A stretch of DNA of 64,000 nucleotides, taken from positions 128,001-192,000 of the forward strand of contig CAWKDB010000004.1 of assembly GCA_963848295.1 (NCBI GenBank), given 5' to 3'. Shown here one piece after another: positions 49,781 through 58,979 of this stretch. This DNA comes from an uncultured delta proteobacterium (GTDB lineage: Bacteria > Myxococcota_A > Polyangia > Haliangiales > Haliangiaceae). The stretch's first letter is position 1. Each line of letters begins with the position of its first letter. The translations under genes and the position numbers were made by a program. Below the pieces are notes generated by a model, which saw nothing but the letters and a program-made list of their open reading frames with translations, searched no databases and was not told the origin of the DNA.

Positions 49781-49878
49781 CGTCGGTCCGCGCTCCGTTC
49801 GGCCTCGAGCCGACTACGCTCCGGTGGTGGTTCAAGCCGGGTGAAGCGCCCATCGCAGCTGTGCTAGATCGAGGAAGC

Positions 49879-50655
49879 ATGGCTTTTCACCTGCACGAGG
49901 TCGTCGGTTATCTCGATGCGACGCTCGAGATCGAGCGGTTTCGCGATTTCGCGCCGAACGGGCTGCAGGTCGAGGGCGTGCTCGAGGTCGAGCGCGTGGT
50001 CACCGGCGTCTCGGCTTCGGCCGAGCTGATCTCGCGCGCGGTCGAGCAGCACGCCGATCTGATCGTCGTGCACCACGGGCTGGTGTGGGGCGGCGGCATC
50101 GTCAAGATCGCCGGGCCGATGGCGCGGCGGCTGAAGCTGTTGCTCGGCAACGACGTGTCGCTCGCGGCGTATCACCTGCCACTCGACAAGCACGCCCGGC
50201 TCGGCAACAACGTCGGGCTCGCCGATGCGCTCGCGCTAGGGCCGGCGCGCGACAGCTTCGGCGACGTTCGCGGCACCGCGCTCGGGCTCGCCGGGTCGTG
50301 GCCGCAGCCGCTGTCGCGCGATGACGCCGTCGGCCGGATCGCAGGCGGGGTGTGCAAAGGCCGCGCGCCGCGGTTCGTGTTTCCGTTCGGGCCGGCGACC
50401 GTGCGCAAGGTCGGGCTGTGCACCGGCGCGGCGTCGGATCTGATCGAGGCGGCGGCGGCTGCCGGATGCGACCTGTTCTTGACGGGCGAGCTCGCGGAGC
50501 GCGCCGGCGATCTCGCGCGAGAGCTGCAGATCACGTTGGTCGCCGCGGGCCACGTCGCGACCGAGGTGTTCGGCCCGATGCGCCTCGCCGACGAGCTGCG
50601 CATGCGGTTCCCCGGCCTCGAAGCGCAGTTCGTCGACATCGCGAGCCCGCTGTGA
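49879..50655 (+). CDS. Nif3-like dinuclear metal centre protein
   Basis: DFAPNGLQVEG, VHHGL, YHLPLD.H..GNN, TGE, AGHVATE. Confidence 0.93.
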   Translation: MAFHLHEVVGYLDATLEIERFRDFAPNGLQVEGVLEVERVVTGVSASAELISRAVEQHADLIVVHHGLVWGGGIVKIAGPMARRLKLLLGNDVSLAAYHLPLDKHARLGNNVGLADALALGPARDSFGDVRGTALGLAGSWPQPLSRDDAVGRIAGGVCKGRAPRFVFPFGPATVRKVGLCTGAASDLIEAAAAAGCDLFLTGELAERAGDLARELQITLVAAGHVATEVFGPMRLADELRMRFPGLEAQFVDIASPL

Positions 50656-51903
50656 CCGCGCCGCCGATCCGCTTGCCTTCGGGGGTGCGCGATTTCTTGC
50701 CGCGCGCCGCCGCCCGCCGGCGGGCGCTCGCCGAGGGCGTGATGACCGTGTTCGAAGCGTGGGGGTTCGCGCGGATCATCACGCCGGTGTTCGAGGTCGC
50801 CGACGTCCTCGAGCGCGGGCTCGGCGCGAGCGCGCGAGCAGATGCGATCCGGTTCGTCGAGCCCGGCACCGGCGAGATCGTCGCGCTCCGGCCCGACATC
50901 ACGCCGCAGATCGCGCGCATCGTCGCGACCCGGATGGCCGACGTGGCCGGGCCGATCCGGCTCTGCTACGAAGGCGCGGTGTTCCGACTCGCCGGCGAGC
51001 TCGGTCAGCGCGAGGTCTTGCAGGCCGGGGTCGAGCTCGTCGGGGCGCCCGCGGCGACCGGCGATGCCGAGCTGATCGCGGTGGCGAGCGCGGCGCTCGC
51101 GGAGCTCGGCCTGGCCGGTGCACGGCTCGATCTCGGCCACGTCATGCCGGCGAACCACGTGCTCGCGGCGGCGCCGGATGCCGACAGTCGCGCTCGGCTC
51201 GCTGCGGCGATCTCGCGCAAGGATCGCGCGGGCGTCCGGATCGCCGCGCGTGCGCTGCCGCCCGCGATCGCGCAGCTCGCGGAGGCGCTCGTCGAGCTGT
51301 GGGGGCCGGCGCGCGCGACGCTGGGCCGCGCGCTCGCGCTGCCCTGGCCAGCCCCGGTGTCGGCGGCGCTGCGCGCGCTCGATGCGACGCTCACCGCGGC
51401 GGCCGCTCATGTCGGCGCGACCGAGCTCGATGCGACGGTCGATCTCGGCGACCTCCACGGCTTCGAGTACTACACGGGCGTGAAGCTCGCCGCGTACGCC
51501 AGCGGCGCGCCCGGTGCGATGCTGCGCGGCGGTCGCTACGACGAGCTGCTCGGCCGCTACGGCAAGCCGGCGGCGAGCGACCGGGTTCGCGATCGATCTC
51601 GAAGCCGCCGCGCAAGCGCAGCGCGCCGCGGGAGTCGCGCCACCTCGAACCGCGCTCGGGGTCGCCGTGGCCGGCGAGCATGCGGTCGCGATCGCGGGTG
51701 CGCTGCGCGCCGCGGGTTTGCGCGCGGTCGTCGAGGTCACGGACCGGTCTCTGGAAGCCCTGCGCGAGGTCGGGCTCGATGCCGCGATCGCGGGCGACAC
51801 GGTGATCACCGCGACCGGCGCGCGCCGGCCGGCGGCGGCTGCGATCGAAGCGGCGCGGGCAGGGGACACCGACCCGCTGATCGCGATACTAAGGATGCCG
51901 TAA
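50652..51903 (+). CDS. hisZ: ATP phosphoribosyltransferase regulatory subunit with apparent +1 frameshift near 51570-51576
   Basis: LPSGVRDFL, LRPDITPQIAR, RLCYEG.VFR, QAGVEL, YYTG, GGRYDELL, then ATGFAID in the next frame; TAATG coupling to purA. Confidence 0.85.
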
Positions 51904-53204
51904 TGTCTGTCGTCATCGTCGTCGGCGCACAATGGGGCGATGAAGGCAAAGGCAAGGTCGTCGACCTGTTCACCGAGCGCGCCGATGTCGTCGTGCGCTA
52001 CGGCGGCGGTGCGAACGCCGGCCACACCCTCGTCATCGACGGCGTGAAGCTCGTCACCCACCTCGTGCCGTCCGGCGTCTGCCATCCCGGCAAGAGCTGC
52101 GTGCTCGGCGACGGCATGGTGATCGATCCGCAGACGCTGCTCGAGGAGATCGCCGAGTGCCAAGCGCGCGGCCTGTTGATGCGCGACGAGCTGCTCGTCG
52201 GGCTCGGCGCCCATGTCATCCTGCCGTACCACAAGCTGATCGACGGCCTGCGCGAGGACTACGGCGCGAAGCGCGGGCGCGCGATCGGCACGACTCGACG
52301 CGGCATCGGGCCGGCGTACGAAGCCAAGGCCGGACGGCGCGGCGTGCGGATGCGAGATCTCTTGCGCCCGGAGCGGTTGCGCGCGCTCGTCGCCGCGAAC
52401 CTCGACGAGCTGTCGCCGGTGATCGAGCACCTCGGCGGCAAGCGCCCCGACGCCGCCGAGCTCGCGCGATGGAGCGACGACGCGCTCGCCGCCGGCGACA
52501 AGCTGCGCAAGTACACCGGCGACGCCGGTCGCCACGTCGCGCGCGCGATCGGCGAAGGCCATCACGTGTTGTTCGAGGGCGCGCAGGGCTGCCTGCTCGA
52601 TCTCGATCACGGCACGTATCCGTACGTGACCTCGTCCTCGACGATCGCGGCCGGCGCCTGCCAGAGCGCCGGCATCGGACCGACCCAGATCGACTCGGTC
52701 GTCGGCATCACGAAGGCCTACGCGACGCGCGTCGGCGAGGGCCCGTTCCCGACCGAGCTCCACGGCGAGGTCGGCGAGAAATTGCGCAAGGCGGGCGGCG
52801 AATACGGCGCGACGACCGGCCGGCCGCGGCGCTGTGGCTGGCTCGATCTACCTGCGCTGCGCATGGGCGCGCGGCTGTCCGGCATGCAATCGCTCGCGCT
52901 GACCAAGCTCGACGTGCTCGCCGGCATGCCCGAGATCGCCGTGTGCGTCGCGTACAAGCTCGACGGCAAGGAGCTCGACGAGCCGCCGATCGACCCCGAA
53001 GATCTCGTACGCGCCGAGCCGGTCTACGCCCGGTTGCCCGGCTGGGACAAGCTCCCGGCCGATGCCCACGACGTCACCGACCTGCCCGCGACCGCCCGCG
53101 CGTACGTCGAGACGATCGAGCGGATGGCGGGGGTGCCGTTCTGCTTGGTCTCGGTCGGGCCCGACCGCAGCGAGACGATTCGACTCCACGACCCATTCGC
53201 GTAG
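51903..53204 (+). CDS. purA: Adenylosuccinate synthetase
   Basis: GAQWGDEGKGK, GGANAGHT, FEGAQG, GTYPYVTSS, TRVGEGPFPTE, EYGATTGRPRRCGW. Confidence 0.97.
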   Translation: MSVVIVVGAQWGDEGKGKVVDLFTERADVVVRYGGGANAGHTLVIDGVKLVTHLVPSGVCHPGKSCVLGDGMVIDPQTLLEEIAECQARGLLMRDELLVGLGAHVILPYHKLIDGLREDYGAKRGRAIGTTRRGIGPAYEAKAGRRGVRMRDLLRPERLRALVAANLDELSPVIEHLGGKRPDAAELARWSDDALAAGDKLRKYTGDAGRHVARAIGEGHHVLFEGAQGCLLDLDHGTYPYVTSSSTIAAGACQSAGIGPTQIDSVVGITKAYATRVGEGPFPTELHGEVGEKLRKAGGEYGATTGRPRRCGWLDLPALRMGARLSGMQSLALTKLDVLAGMPEIAVCVAYKLDGKELDEPPIDPEDLVRAEPVYARLPGWDKLPADAHDVTDLPATARAYVETIERMAGVPFCLVSVGPDRSETIRLHDPFA

Positions 53205-53314
53205 GCCAGAAACGAGCGAACTGCTCGGACCGTGATACTATTTTTCTCCAAAGCCGAGGGGCACCTGGGGGTCACAGGTCCCAGAGCGCCAACTCGCGCA
53301 CGTAGGAATCGCCC

Positions 53315-55042
53315 ATGAAGATCGTCTGCGATGCTTGCCAGGCCAAGTACTCGATCTCTGATGACAAGGTCCAAGGCAAGGTCTTCAAGATCCGCTGTAA
53401 GAAGTGCAGCAACATCATCGTCGTTCGCGGCGGTGCTGGTGCTGAACAGGCGCCAGCACCGGTCCAAGAGAAAGAGACCCGCGTCTACGACTACGGCTAC
53501 GAAGGCGGTGAGCAGCCGGCCGATGATGCGGTCTGGCACGTCGTGATCAACTCGGACCAAGTCGGCCCGATGTCGGCCGGCGAGGTCCAGCAGCGGTTCT
53601 CCGCCGGCGAGATCGACGCCGAGACTTACATCTGGCGCGAAGGTTTTGCCGACTGGCTGCCGCTCGTGCAGGTCGACGTGTTCGCCGCGCTGGCGGCAGG
53701 CGGCGGCGGAGGTGGGGGGCATCAGGCCGTCGCATCGATGTTCGGCGGCGGCGGTGAAGAGATGGGCACCGTTCGCAGCGATCCAGGCGACTTGTTCGCA
53801 TCGGCCGGTGGCGCCGCGCGCCATCACGAAGAAGATGACGGCGGTGACCTGTTCGGAGCGAAGCCCGCACAAGCGCAACAGCAAGCCGCGGCGGGGAACG
53901 CGAAGCTGCGCGGCGAGCGCAACGAGAACTCGGTGCTGTTCTCGCTCAACAACCTCGCCCAGCTCGCGAGCGACAAGCCGGCGCCGGTGCAGTCCGCGCC
54001 GTCCGGTCACGCGACAGGCGCGGCGGGTGGCGAAGGCTCGGGCCTGATCGACATCCGGTCGATGGCGAGCGCATACCTCGGGGGCAGCGGCGCGCCCGCG
54101 TCGAAGGCCGCGACGTCGTCGGCGATCGGATCGATCGACGACCTGCCGGTGTTCGGCGGCGGCGGATTCTCCGAGCCCGCGGTGATCGTCCCGAGCGCCT
54201 CGCGCGGTCGCGATAACAAGATGCTCTACATCATGATCGCGGCCGTCGGCATGCTCGCGGTCGTCGCGGTCATCCTCATCGTCGTGCTGCTCAAGGGCAA
54301 CAAGACTCCTCCGCCGACCCTCGCGACCAACGAAAAGCCCACGGCCTCCGCCGACACCGCGACCGGCAGCGACAAACCCGCGACGCCGGAGACCGGCAGC
54401 GCCGCGACGCCACCGCCGGCGACGGGCAGCGCCGAGCCGCCGGCGACGGGCAGCGCCACCGTGGTCGCGTCGAACACGCCCCCGACGAACCACACCGCGG
54501 CACCCACTCCGGCGGAGAACACGCCACCGAAGGAGACGCCGCCGAGGAATACCCCGCCGCCGTCCCACCGGGAGCCGACGGTCGCCAGGGCGCCGTCCCA
54601 CAGGGAGCCGGTCGCAAGAAATACGACCCCGAAGGAATCGGCGCCGAAAGACACGGGCGGTAGCTGTGACGAGGTGTCGTGCGTGCTGAACAACTACGAA
54701 GGCGCGTGCTGCGCGAAGTTCAAGAAGGGCGGCGGCCCGTCGAGGTCGCCGACCACGGCGAGGAGCGGCGGCGGCGATCTCCCGGACGCACTCGATCGCC
54801 AGATGATCTCGGACGGCATCGCGAGGGTGAAAGGGCGCGCGCTCGCGTGCGGCGACAGGTCGTCCGCGAAGGGCAGGGTCAAGGTGCACGTCAAGGTCGA
54901 CGGCAACGGTCGCGTGTCGAACGTCAGCGTCGAGAGCTCGCCGGATCCGGGCCTCGGCGCGTGCGTCGCCGGCGCGGTCAGAGGCGCGTCGTTCGCCAAG
55001 ACCCAGAACGGCGGCTCGTTCGGCTACCCGTTCATGTTCTGA
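53315..55042 (+). CDS. GltJ/AgmX-like protein: zinc ribbon, GYF_2 domain, TM, Pro-rich linker, TonB-like C-terminus
   Basis: CDAC..CKKC; QVGP..YIWREGFADW; GERNENSVLFSL; C-terminal FGYPFMF. Confidence 0.85.
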   Translation: MKIVCDACQAKYSISDDKVQGKVFKIRCKKCSNIIVVRGGAGAEQAPAPVQEKETRVYDYGYEGGEQPADDAVWHVVINSDQVGPMSAGEVQQRFSAGEIDAETYIWREGFADWLPLVQVDVFAALAAGGGGGGGHQAVASMFGGGGEEMGTVRSDPGDLFASAGGAARHHEEDDGGDLFGAKPAQAQQQAAAGNAKLRGERNENSVLFSLNNLAQLASDKPAPVQSAPSGHATGAAGGEGSGLIDIRSMASAYLGGSGAPASKAATSSAIGSIDDLPVFGGGGFSEPAVIVPSASRGRDNKMLYIMIAAVGMLAVVAVILIVVLLKGNKTPPPTLATNEKPTASADTATGSDKPATPETGSAATPPPATGSAEPPATGSATVVASNTPPTNHTAAPTPAENTPPKETPPRNTPPPSHREPTVARAPSHREPVARNTTPKESAPKDTGGSCDEVSCVLNNYEGACCAKFKKGGGPSRSPTTARSGGGDLPDALDRQMISDGIARVKGRALACGDRSSAKGRVKVHVKVDGNGRVSNVSVESSPDPGLGACVAGAVRGASFAKTQNGGSFGYPFMF

Positions 55043-55092
55043 GCTCCGGCGAAAGCTCAAAAGCAGGTGCCGCTTCGCGGGTCACAAGATCC

Positions 55093-55884
55093 ATGAAGCT
55101 GAACCACGCTGTTGAAGGCTCCGGCCGATCGGTCGTTCAGGTCGCCGCAGCGATCGAACCCCCGAGCTTTGCGGCGCCGGCGGTCATCGTACCGACGGCG
55201 GCCATCGCGCGCCCGAGGCGCGCCGTCGTGGTGCTCGCTGGAGTCGCGGCGCTCGAGCTCGTCGTGATCGCGACGTGCTCGGTGTTGATCGCAACGCGCG
55301 AGACGGCGGGCTACGCGCGCAGCACGATCGCGAAGGTCGTCGAACCGATGCCGCCCGCCGTGGCTACCGCACCACCGCGACCGAGTGCGGCGCCGGTCGC
55401 CATCGCCGCAGCGCCCGAACCGCCGCCGCCCGAGCCGATCGCGGGGCCTCCGCCGAGCAAGGCGGTGCCGAGCAAAGCGTCACCGCTCGTCAGGCACTCA
55501 CCTTCCATCAAGCTCGCCGAGCCCGCAGCGCCGAGTCCCGCTCGCGCCGCGTGCGATGAGATCTCGTGCATCGCGGACGCGACGGGATGGTGCTGCCCGC
55601 GCTTGCTCGCGACACCGGCCGCGCCGAGCACGATCGATGCGCACGCGGTCGGCACCGCGATGGCGCAGATCCGCGACCGCGCGATGGCATGCCGCGCGAT
55701 GTCCGGAGCCAAGGGCAAGGTCCGCGTCCACCTCACCGTCGATCCCGACGGCCACATCGCGAACGCCGCGATCGAGAGCACCCCCGACGCGGCGCTCGGC
55801 GAGTGTGTCCTGCATGCGGCGCACGCCGCGCGGTTCAAGCGCACCGACCGCGGCGGCTCGTTCGCCTACTCCTTCGTGTTCTGA
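55093..55884 (+). CDS. Membrane-anchored protein with TonB-like/AgmX C-terminal domain (paralog of the preceding C-terminus)
   Basis: TM, Pro-rich linker, CDEISC..CC, AKGKVRVH..LGECV..GGSFAYSFVF. Confidence 0.75.
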   Translation: MKLNHAVEGSGRSVVQVAAAIEPPSFAAPAVIVPTAAIARPRRAVVVLAGVAALELVVIATCSVLIATRETAGYARSTIAKVVEPMPPAVATAPPRPSAAPVAIAAAPEPPPPEPIAGPPPSKAVPSKASPLVRHSPSIKLAEPAAPSPARAACDEISCIADATGWCCPRLLATPAAPSTIDAHAVGTAMAQIRDRAMACRAMSGAKGKVRVHLTVDPDGHIANAAIESTPDAALGECVLHAAHAARFKRTDRGGSFAYSFVF

Positions 55885-55971
55885 GCCCCGAGGCTGGCAA
55901 GTCGGGTTGCCACGACGTCGATTGTCTCCACCGCGGACCGCCGCCGCGACCCGATTTTCGAGGGTGACGGA

Positions 55972-55987
55972 TGGCACGCGACACGCA
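55972..55987 (+). promoter_or_regulatory. Candidate sigma54 -24/-12 promoter
   Basis: TGGCACG-CGAC-ACGCA: exact GG-N10-GC spacing with consensus -24 box. Confidence 0.5.
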
Positions 55988-56033
55988 CTAGCGTTTGTCC
56001 GCGCGAGGCCCCTGCTAGCCAGGCTCCTCCTTC

Positions 56034-56067
56034 GAGCGGCGTCCCCCGAGGACGCCGTTCAACTTTT
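56034..56067 (+). terminator. Intrinsic terminator-like hairpin
   Basis: 11-bp stem GAGCGGCGTCC/GGACGCCGTTC (one G-U), loop CCCGA, followed by AACTTTT. Confidence 0.7.
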
Positions 56068-56092
56068 CGGCGCGGGCCCGATCGCGGGCGCC

Positions 56093-56728
56093 CTACGGAG
56101 CCTCGTAATCGGTGACGCCGGGCGCCCAGTTGCCGACCAACTCGATCACACCCCTGGTCGGCGACAGGCACAGCGTGCCATCGCACGTGTCGGGGCACTC
56201 TCCGGCACCGGGCTCGGGTCCTTGGCCGAGGCACACCGTGCCGTCGTCGTTGACCTGGAGGTATCGGCCCTCGTTGAGCTTGGTGCCTTCGTACGGCTTC
56301 GGCGGATCGGAGCGCGACGGCTTGCCTTGGAGCATCTTCGCGACCTTGGCGTCGTCTTGCTCGGCCCACAGAATGTAGAGCCCGGCCGGCGTGACCGCGA
56401 CTTGCGTGTACCGGCCGTTTGCGTTGTCGCCGACATCGGTCTTCGTGCCATCGGCTCGGATCAGCGTCCACCGCAAGCGCGCGACCTCGGCGGCGCCGAC
56501 CTTGCGCACGTCGTAGGTCTCGACCGTGATCGTGCTCGGTTTCAGGGTCGGGTCGTAGCTCGTCTGCTCTTCGAGCACCCACTTCGCGTGCGGCTGGACA
56601 AGGATCTTCCAGAACCCCTTCGCCGCGGCGCTCTGCACCGTCTTCTTCTTCGTCCGCTTCGGCTTCTCGGCGAGCGCCGACGACGCGAGGAACAACGCGA
56701 TGACTAGCCCGGGCCAGACCTTGCGCAT
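56093..56728 (-). CDS. Secreted hypothetical protein
   Basis: MRKVWPGLVIALFLASSALA signal peptide; C-terminal C..CPDTC..C. Confidence 0.7.
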   Translation of the reverse strand: MRKVWPGLVIALFLASSALAEKPKRTKKKTVQSAAAKGFWKILVQPHAKWVLEEQTSYDPTLKPSTITVETYDVRKVGAAEVARLRWTLIRADGTKTDVGDNANGRYTQVAVTPAGLYILWAEQDDAKVAKMLQGKPSRSDPPKPYEGTKLNEGRYLQVNDDGTVCLGQGPEPGAGECPDTCDGTLCLSPTRGVIELVGNWAPGVTDYEAP

Positions 56729-56762
56729 GGCACCGAGCGTAACACCTGGGTATGGTGCGCTC

Positions 56763-58304
56763 GTGCTGCTCGCCGAGCTCGTCGCGACAAGCGCCGCGGT
56801 GACCGAGATGTCGGGCCGGCTCGCGAAGATCGATCGCATCGCCGCGCTGCTGCGCGCGTTGCCGCCCGAGGAGCGCGCGATCGGTGCGCGTTACCTGGCG
56901 GGCGAGGTCATGCACAAGACCGGCATCGGCTGGGCGATCGTCGCCGAGGCCGGCAAAGCGATCTCGCCGGCGCGCGAGCCGTCGCTGTCACTCGCCGAGG
57001 TCGATGCGCGACTCGCCGCGATCGCGAAGCTCGGCGGTGCCGGCTCGGCCGGCGCTCGGCGCGATCAGCTCGGCGCGATGTTCGCGCGCGCGACCGAGGC
57101 CGAGCAGCAGTTCCTCACCGCACTGGTCAGCGCCGGGCTGCGGCAGGGCGCGCTCGACGGCATCGTCGTCGAAGCGATCGCCCGCGCGGCGGCGGTGCCT
57201 GCTGCAGACGTCCGGCGTGCGTACATGCTCGCCGGCGAGCTCGGGGCGGTCGCCGCGGCTGCACTTGGCGAAGGCGCGCCGGGCCTGGCGAAGTTCGGGC
57301 TCACGTTGTTCCGGCCGATCTTGCCGATGCTCGCCCAGACCGCCGACGATCCCGACGCCGCGCTCGCGAGCTTCGGCGGCAGCGCCGCGGCACTCGAGCT
57401 CAAGCTCGACGGGTTCCGCGCGCAGATCCACAAAGACGGCGATGACGTCCGGCTGTTCTCGCGCGGGCTCAACGACGTCTCGGCGTACGCGCCGGAGCTC
57501 GTCGCGGCGGTGCGCGCGTTGCCCGCACGGCGGCTGATCCTCGACGGTGAAGCGATCGCGATGGACGGCACGCGCCCGCGACCGTTCCAGCACACGATGC
57601 GCCGGTTCGGCCGAAACGAAAAGACTGGCGCCGCGCTGCAGGCCGAGCTGCCGCTGTCGCTCGCGGCGTTCGATGTGCTGCTGATCGACGATCAGGCGAT
57701 GTTGTCGGCCCCGGCGCGCGACCGGTTCGTCGCGCTCGGCGAGGTCGCTCCGGCGCTCGCGGTGCCGAGGCTCGTCACCGCCGATCCGGCCACCGCGAGT
57801 GCGTTCTACGACGACGCGATCGCCCGCGGCCACGAGGGCGTGATGGCCAAGGCGCTCGATGCGCCGTACGACGCCGGCAGTCGCGGCTCCGCGTGGCTCA
57901 AGATCAAGCGCGTCCATCGCCTCGATCTCGTCGTGCTCGCGGCCGAGTGGGGGAGTGGGCGGCGCAAGGGCTGGCTGTCGAACATCCACCTCGGCGCGCG
58001 CGACGGCGATGGGTGGGTCATGCTCGGCAAGACGTTCAAAGGCATGACCGACGACATGCTGCGCTGGCAGACCGCCGCGTTCCTCGCGCGCGAGGAGGAT
58101 CGCGACGGGCACATCGTCTACATCCGCCCGGAGATCGTCGCCGAGGTCGCGTTCAACGACGTGCAACGGTCGTCGCGCTATCCCGGCAGCCTCGCGCTGC
58201 GGCTCGCTCGGGTCGTGCGCTATCGCGACGACAAGACCGCGGCCGAAGCCGACACGATCGATGCGGTGCGCGCGATCGCGATCGCCGCCGGCGTCATCGA
58301 CTGA
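56763..58304 (+). CDS. ATP-dependent DNA ligase (LigB-like)
   Basis: PMLAQ, ELKLDG.RAQ, ILDGE, FDVL, EGVMAK, WLKIK, LDLVV, GKTFKG. Confidence 0.93.
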   Translation: MLLAELVATSAAVTEMSGRLAKIDRIAALLRALPPEERAIGARYLAGEVMHKTGIGWAIVAEAGKAISPAREPSLSLAEVDARLAAIAKLGGAGSAGARRDQLGAMFARATEAEQQFLTALVSAGLRQGALDGIVVEAIARAAAVPAADVRRAYMLAGELGAVAAAALGEGAPGLAKFGLTLFRPILPMLAQTADDPDAALASFGGSAAALELKLDGFRAQIHKDGDDVRLFSRGLNDVSAYAPELVAAVRALPARRLILDGEAIAMDGTRPRPFQHTMRRFGRNEKTGAALQAELPLSLAAFDVLLIDDQAMLSAPARDRFVALGEVAPALAVPRLVTADPATASAFYDDAIARGHEGVMAKALDAPYDAGSRGSAWLKIKRVHRLDLVVLAAEWGSGRRKGWLSNIHLGARDGDGWVMLGKTFKGMTDDMLRWQTAAFLAREEDRDGHIVYIRPEIVAEVAFNDVQRSSRYPGSLALRLARVVRYRDDKTAAEADTIDAVRAIAIAAGVID

Positions 58305-58710
58305 GCGCGAGAGGATCGACCAGCGCCACACCGCTGTGCCGATAGTCTGCGGTGTTGCGCGTCGCGACCGCGAGGCCGTGTTGGAGCGCGGTAGCTGCGA
58401 TCAGACTGTCCTTGATAGGCATCGCGCGCCCGCGCTTCTTCAGCGAAGCGAGCAGCTTGGCCCACGTCGAAGCAGTCGCAGCGTCGATCTCGAGGGAACG
58501 GACGCGTTGCACGCCTAGCTCGAACCACGCTTCGAGCCGCGCGCGTCGTTTGCCAGCCGAGAGCAGCTGGATGCCGTACTCGATCTCCCCCAGCACGATC
58601 GGATTCACCGCCAGCTCGGATTCGTTTGCACGCAGCCAAGCGATCACCGAGGCGTTCGGAATCGGCTTGGTCGGCTCGCTCAAGACGTCGGCATCGACGA
58701 GGAACTTCAC
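58294..58710 (-). CDS. vapC: PIN-domain toxin
   Basis: FLVDADVLSE, GEIEYG, DSLIAATA..H, TRNTADY; GTGA coupling. Confidence 0.9.
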   Translation of the reverse strand: MKFLVDADVLSEPTKPIPNASVIAWLRANESELAVNPIVLGEIEYGIQLLSAGKRRARLEAWFELGVQRVRSLEIDAATASTWAKLLASLKKRGRAMPIKDSLIAATALQHGLAVATRNTADYRHSGVALVDPLALSR

Positions 58711-58937
58711 AGCGTGTCGGTCGACTCGGACGCGATCGGGACGAACCAGTCTTTGTCGGGGCACGCGAGCAGCCAATCGACGAGGCCCTCGTTGTCGCCA
58801 GTCGGTTGCTTGGTCAACAAGTAGCGACCGGCCTCGAGCCTCTCGACTTCGAAGCGTTGGCCCGTGCGGATCCGATCGCGCTGGCGCAGCTCCGCTGGCA
58901 AGACGATCTGGCCTTTGCTCGAGACGACAGTCTTCAT
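58707..58937 (-). CDS. AbrB/MazE/SpoVT-type antitoxin
   Basis: VSSKGQIVLPAELR. Confidence 0.9.
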   Translation of the reverse strand: MKTVVSSKGQIVLPAELRQRDRIRTGQRFEVERLEAGRYLLTKQPTGDNEGLVDWLLACPDKDWFVPIASESTDTL

Positions 58938-58946
58938 GGCGTTCAG

Positions 58947-58977
58947 GTAAGATACCGTCTTACTGCTATCGCGTCAA
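58947..58977 (-). promoter_or_regulatory. Sigma70 promoter with overlapping palindromic operator of the TA operon
   Basis: TTGACG-N17-TATCTT on the minus strand; inverted repeat GTAAGA-N5-TCTTAC at 58947-58963. Confidence 0.75.
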
Positions 58978-58979
58978 CC

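Noticed and set aside
50352..53204. 950-aa ORF as a genuine HisZ-PurA fusion gene
   Set aside because: The HisZ tail is in another frame and purA has its own coupled ATG; best explained by one indel
54355..54612. Short direct repeats (GCGACGGGCAGCGCC; CCGTCCCAC.GGGAGCCG) as a CRISPR array
   Set aside because: In-frame Pro/Thr linker repeats inside a CDS; no spacers or cas genes
50172..55060. Long antisense ORFs (863 aa, 678 aa) and similar Arg-rich shadow ORFs throughout
   Set aside because: They overlap well-supported genes, lack motifs, and are expected in high-GC DNA
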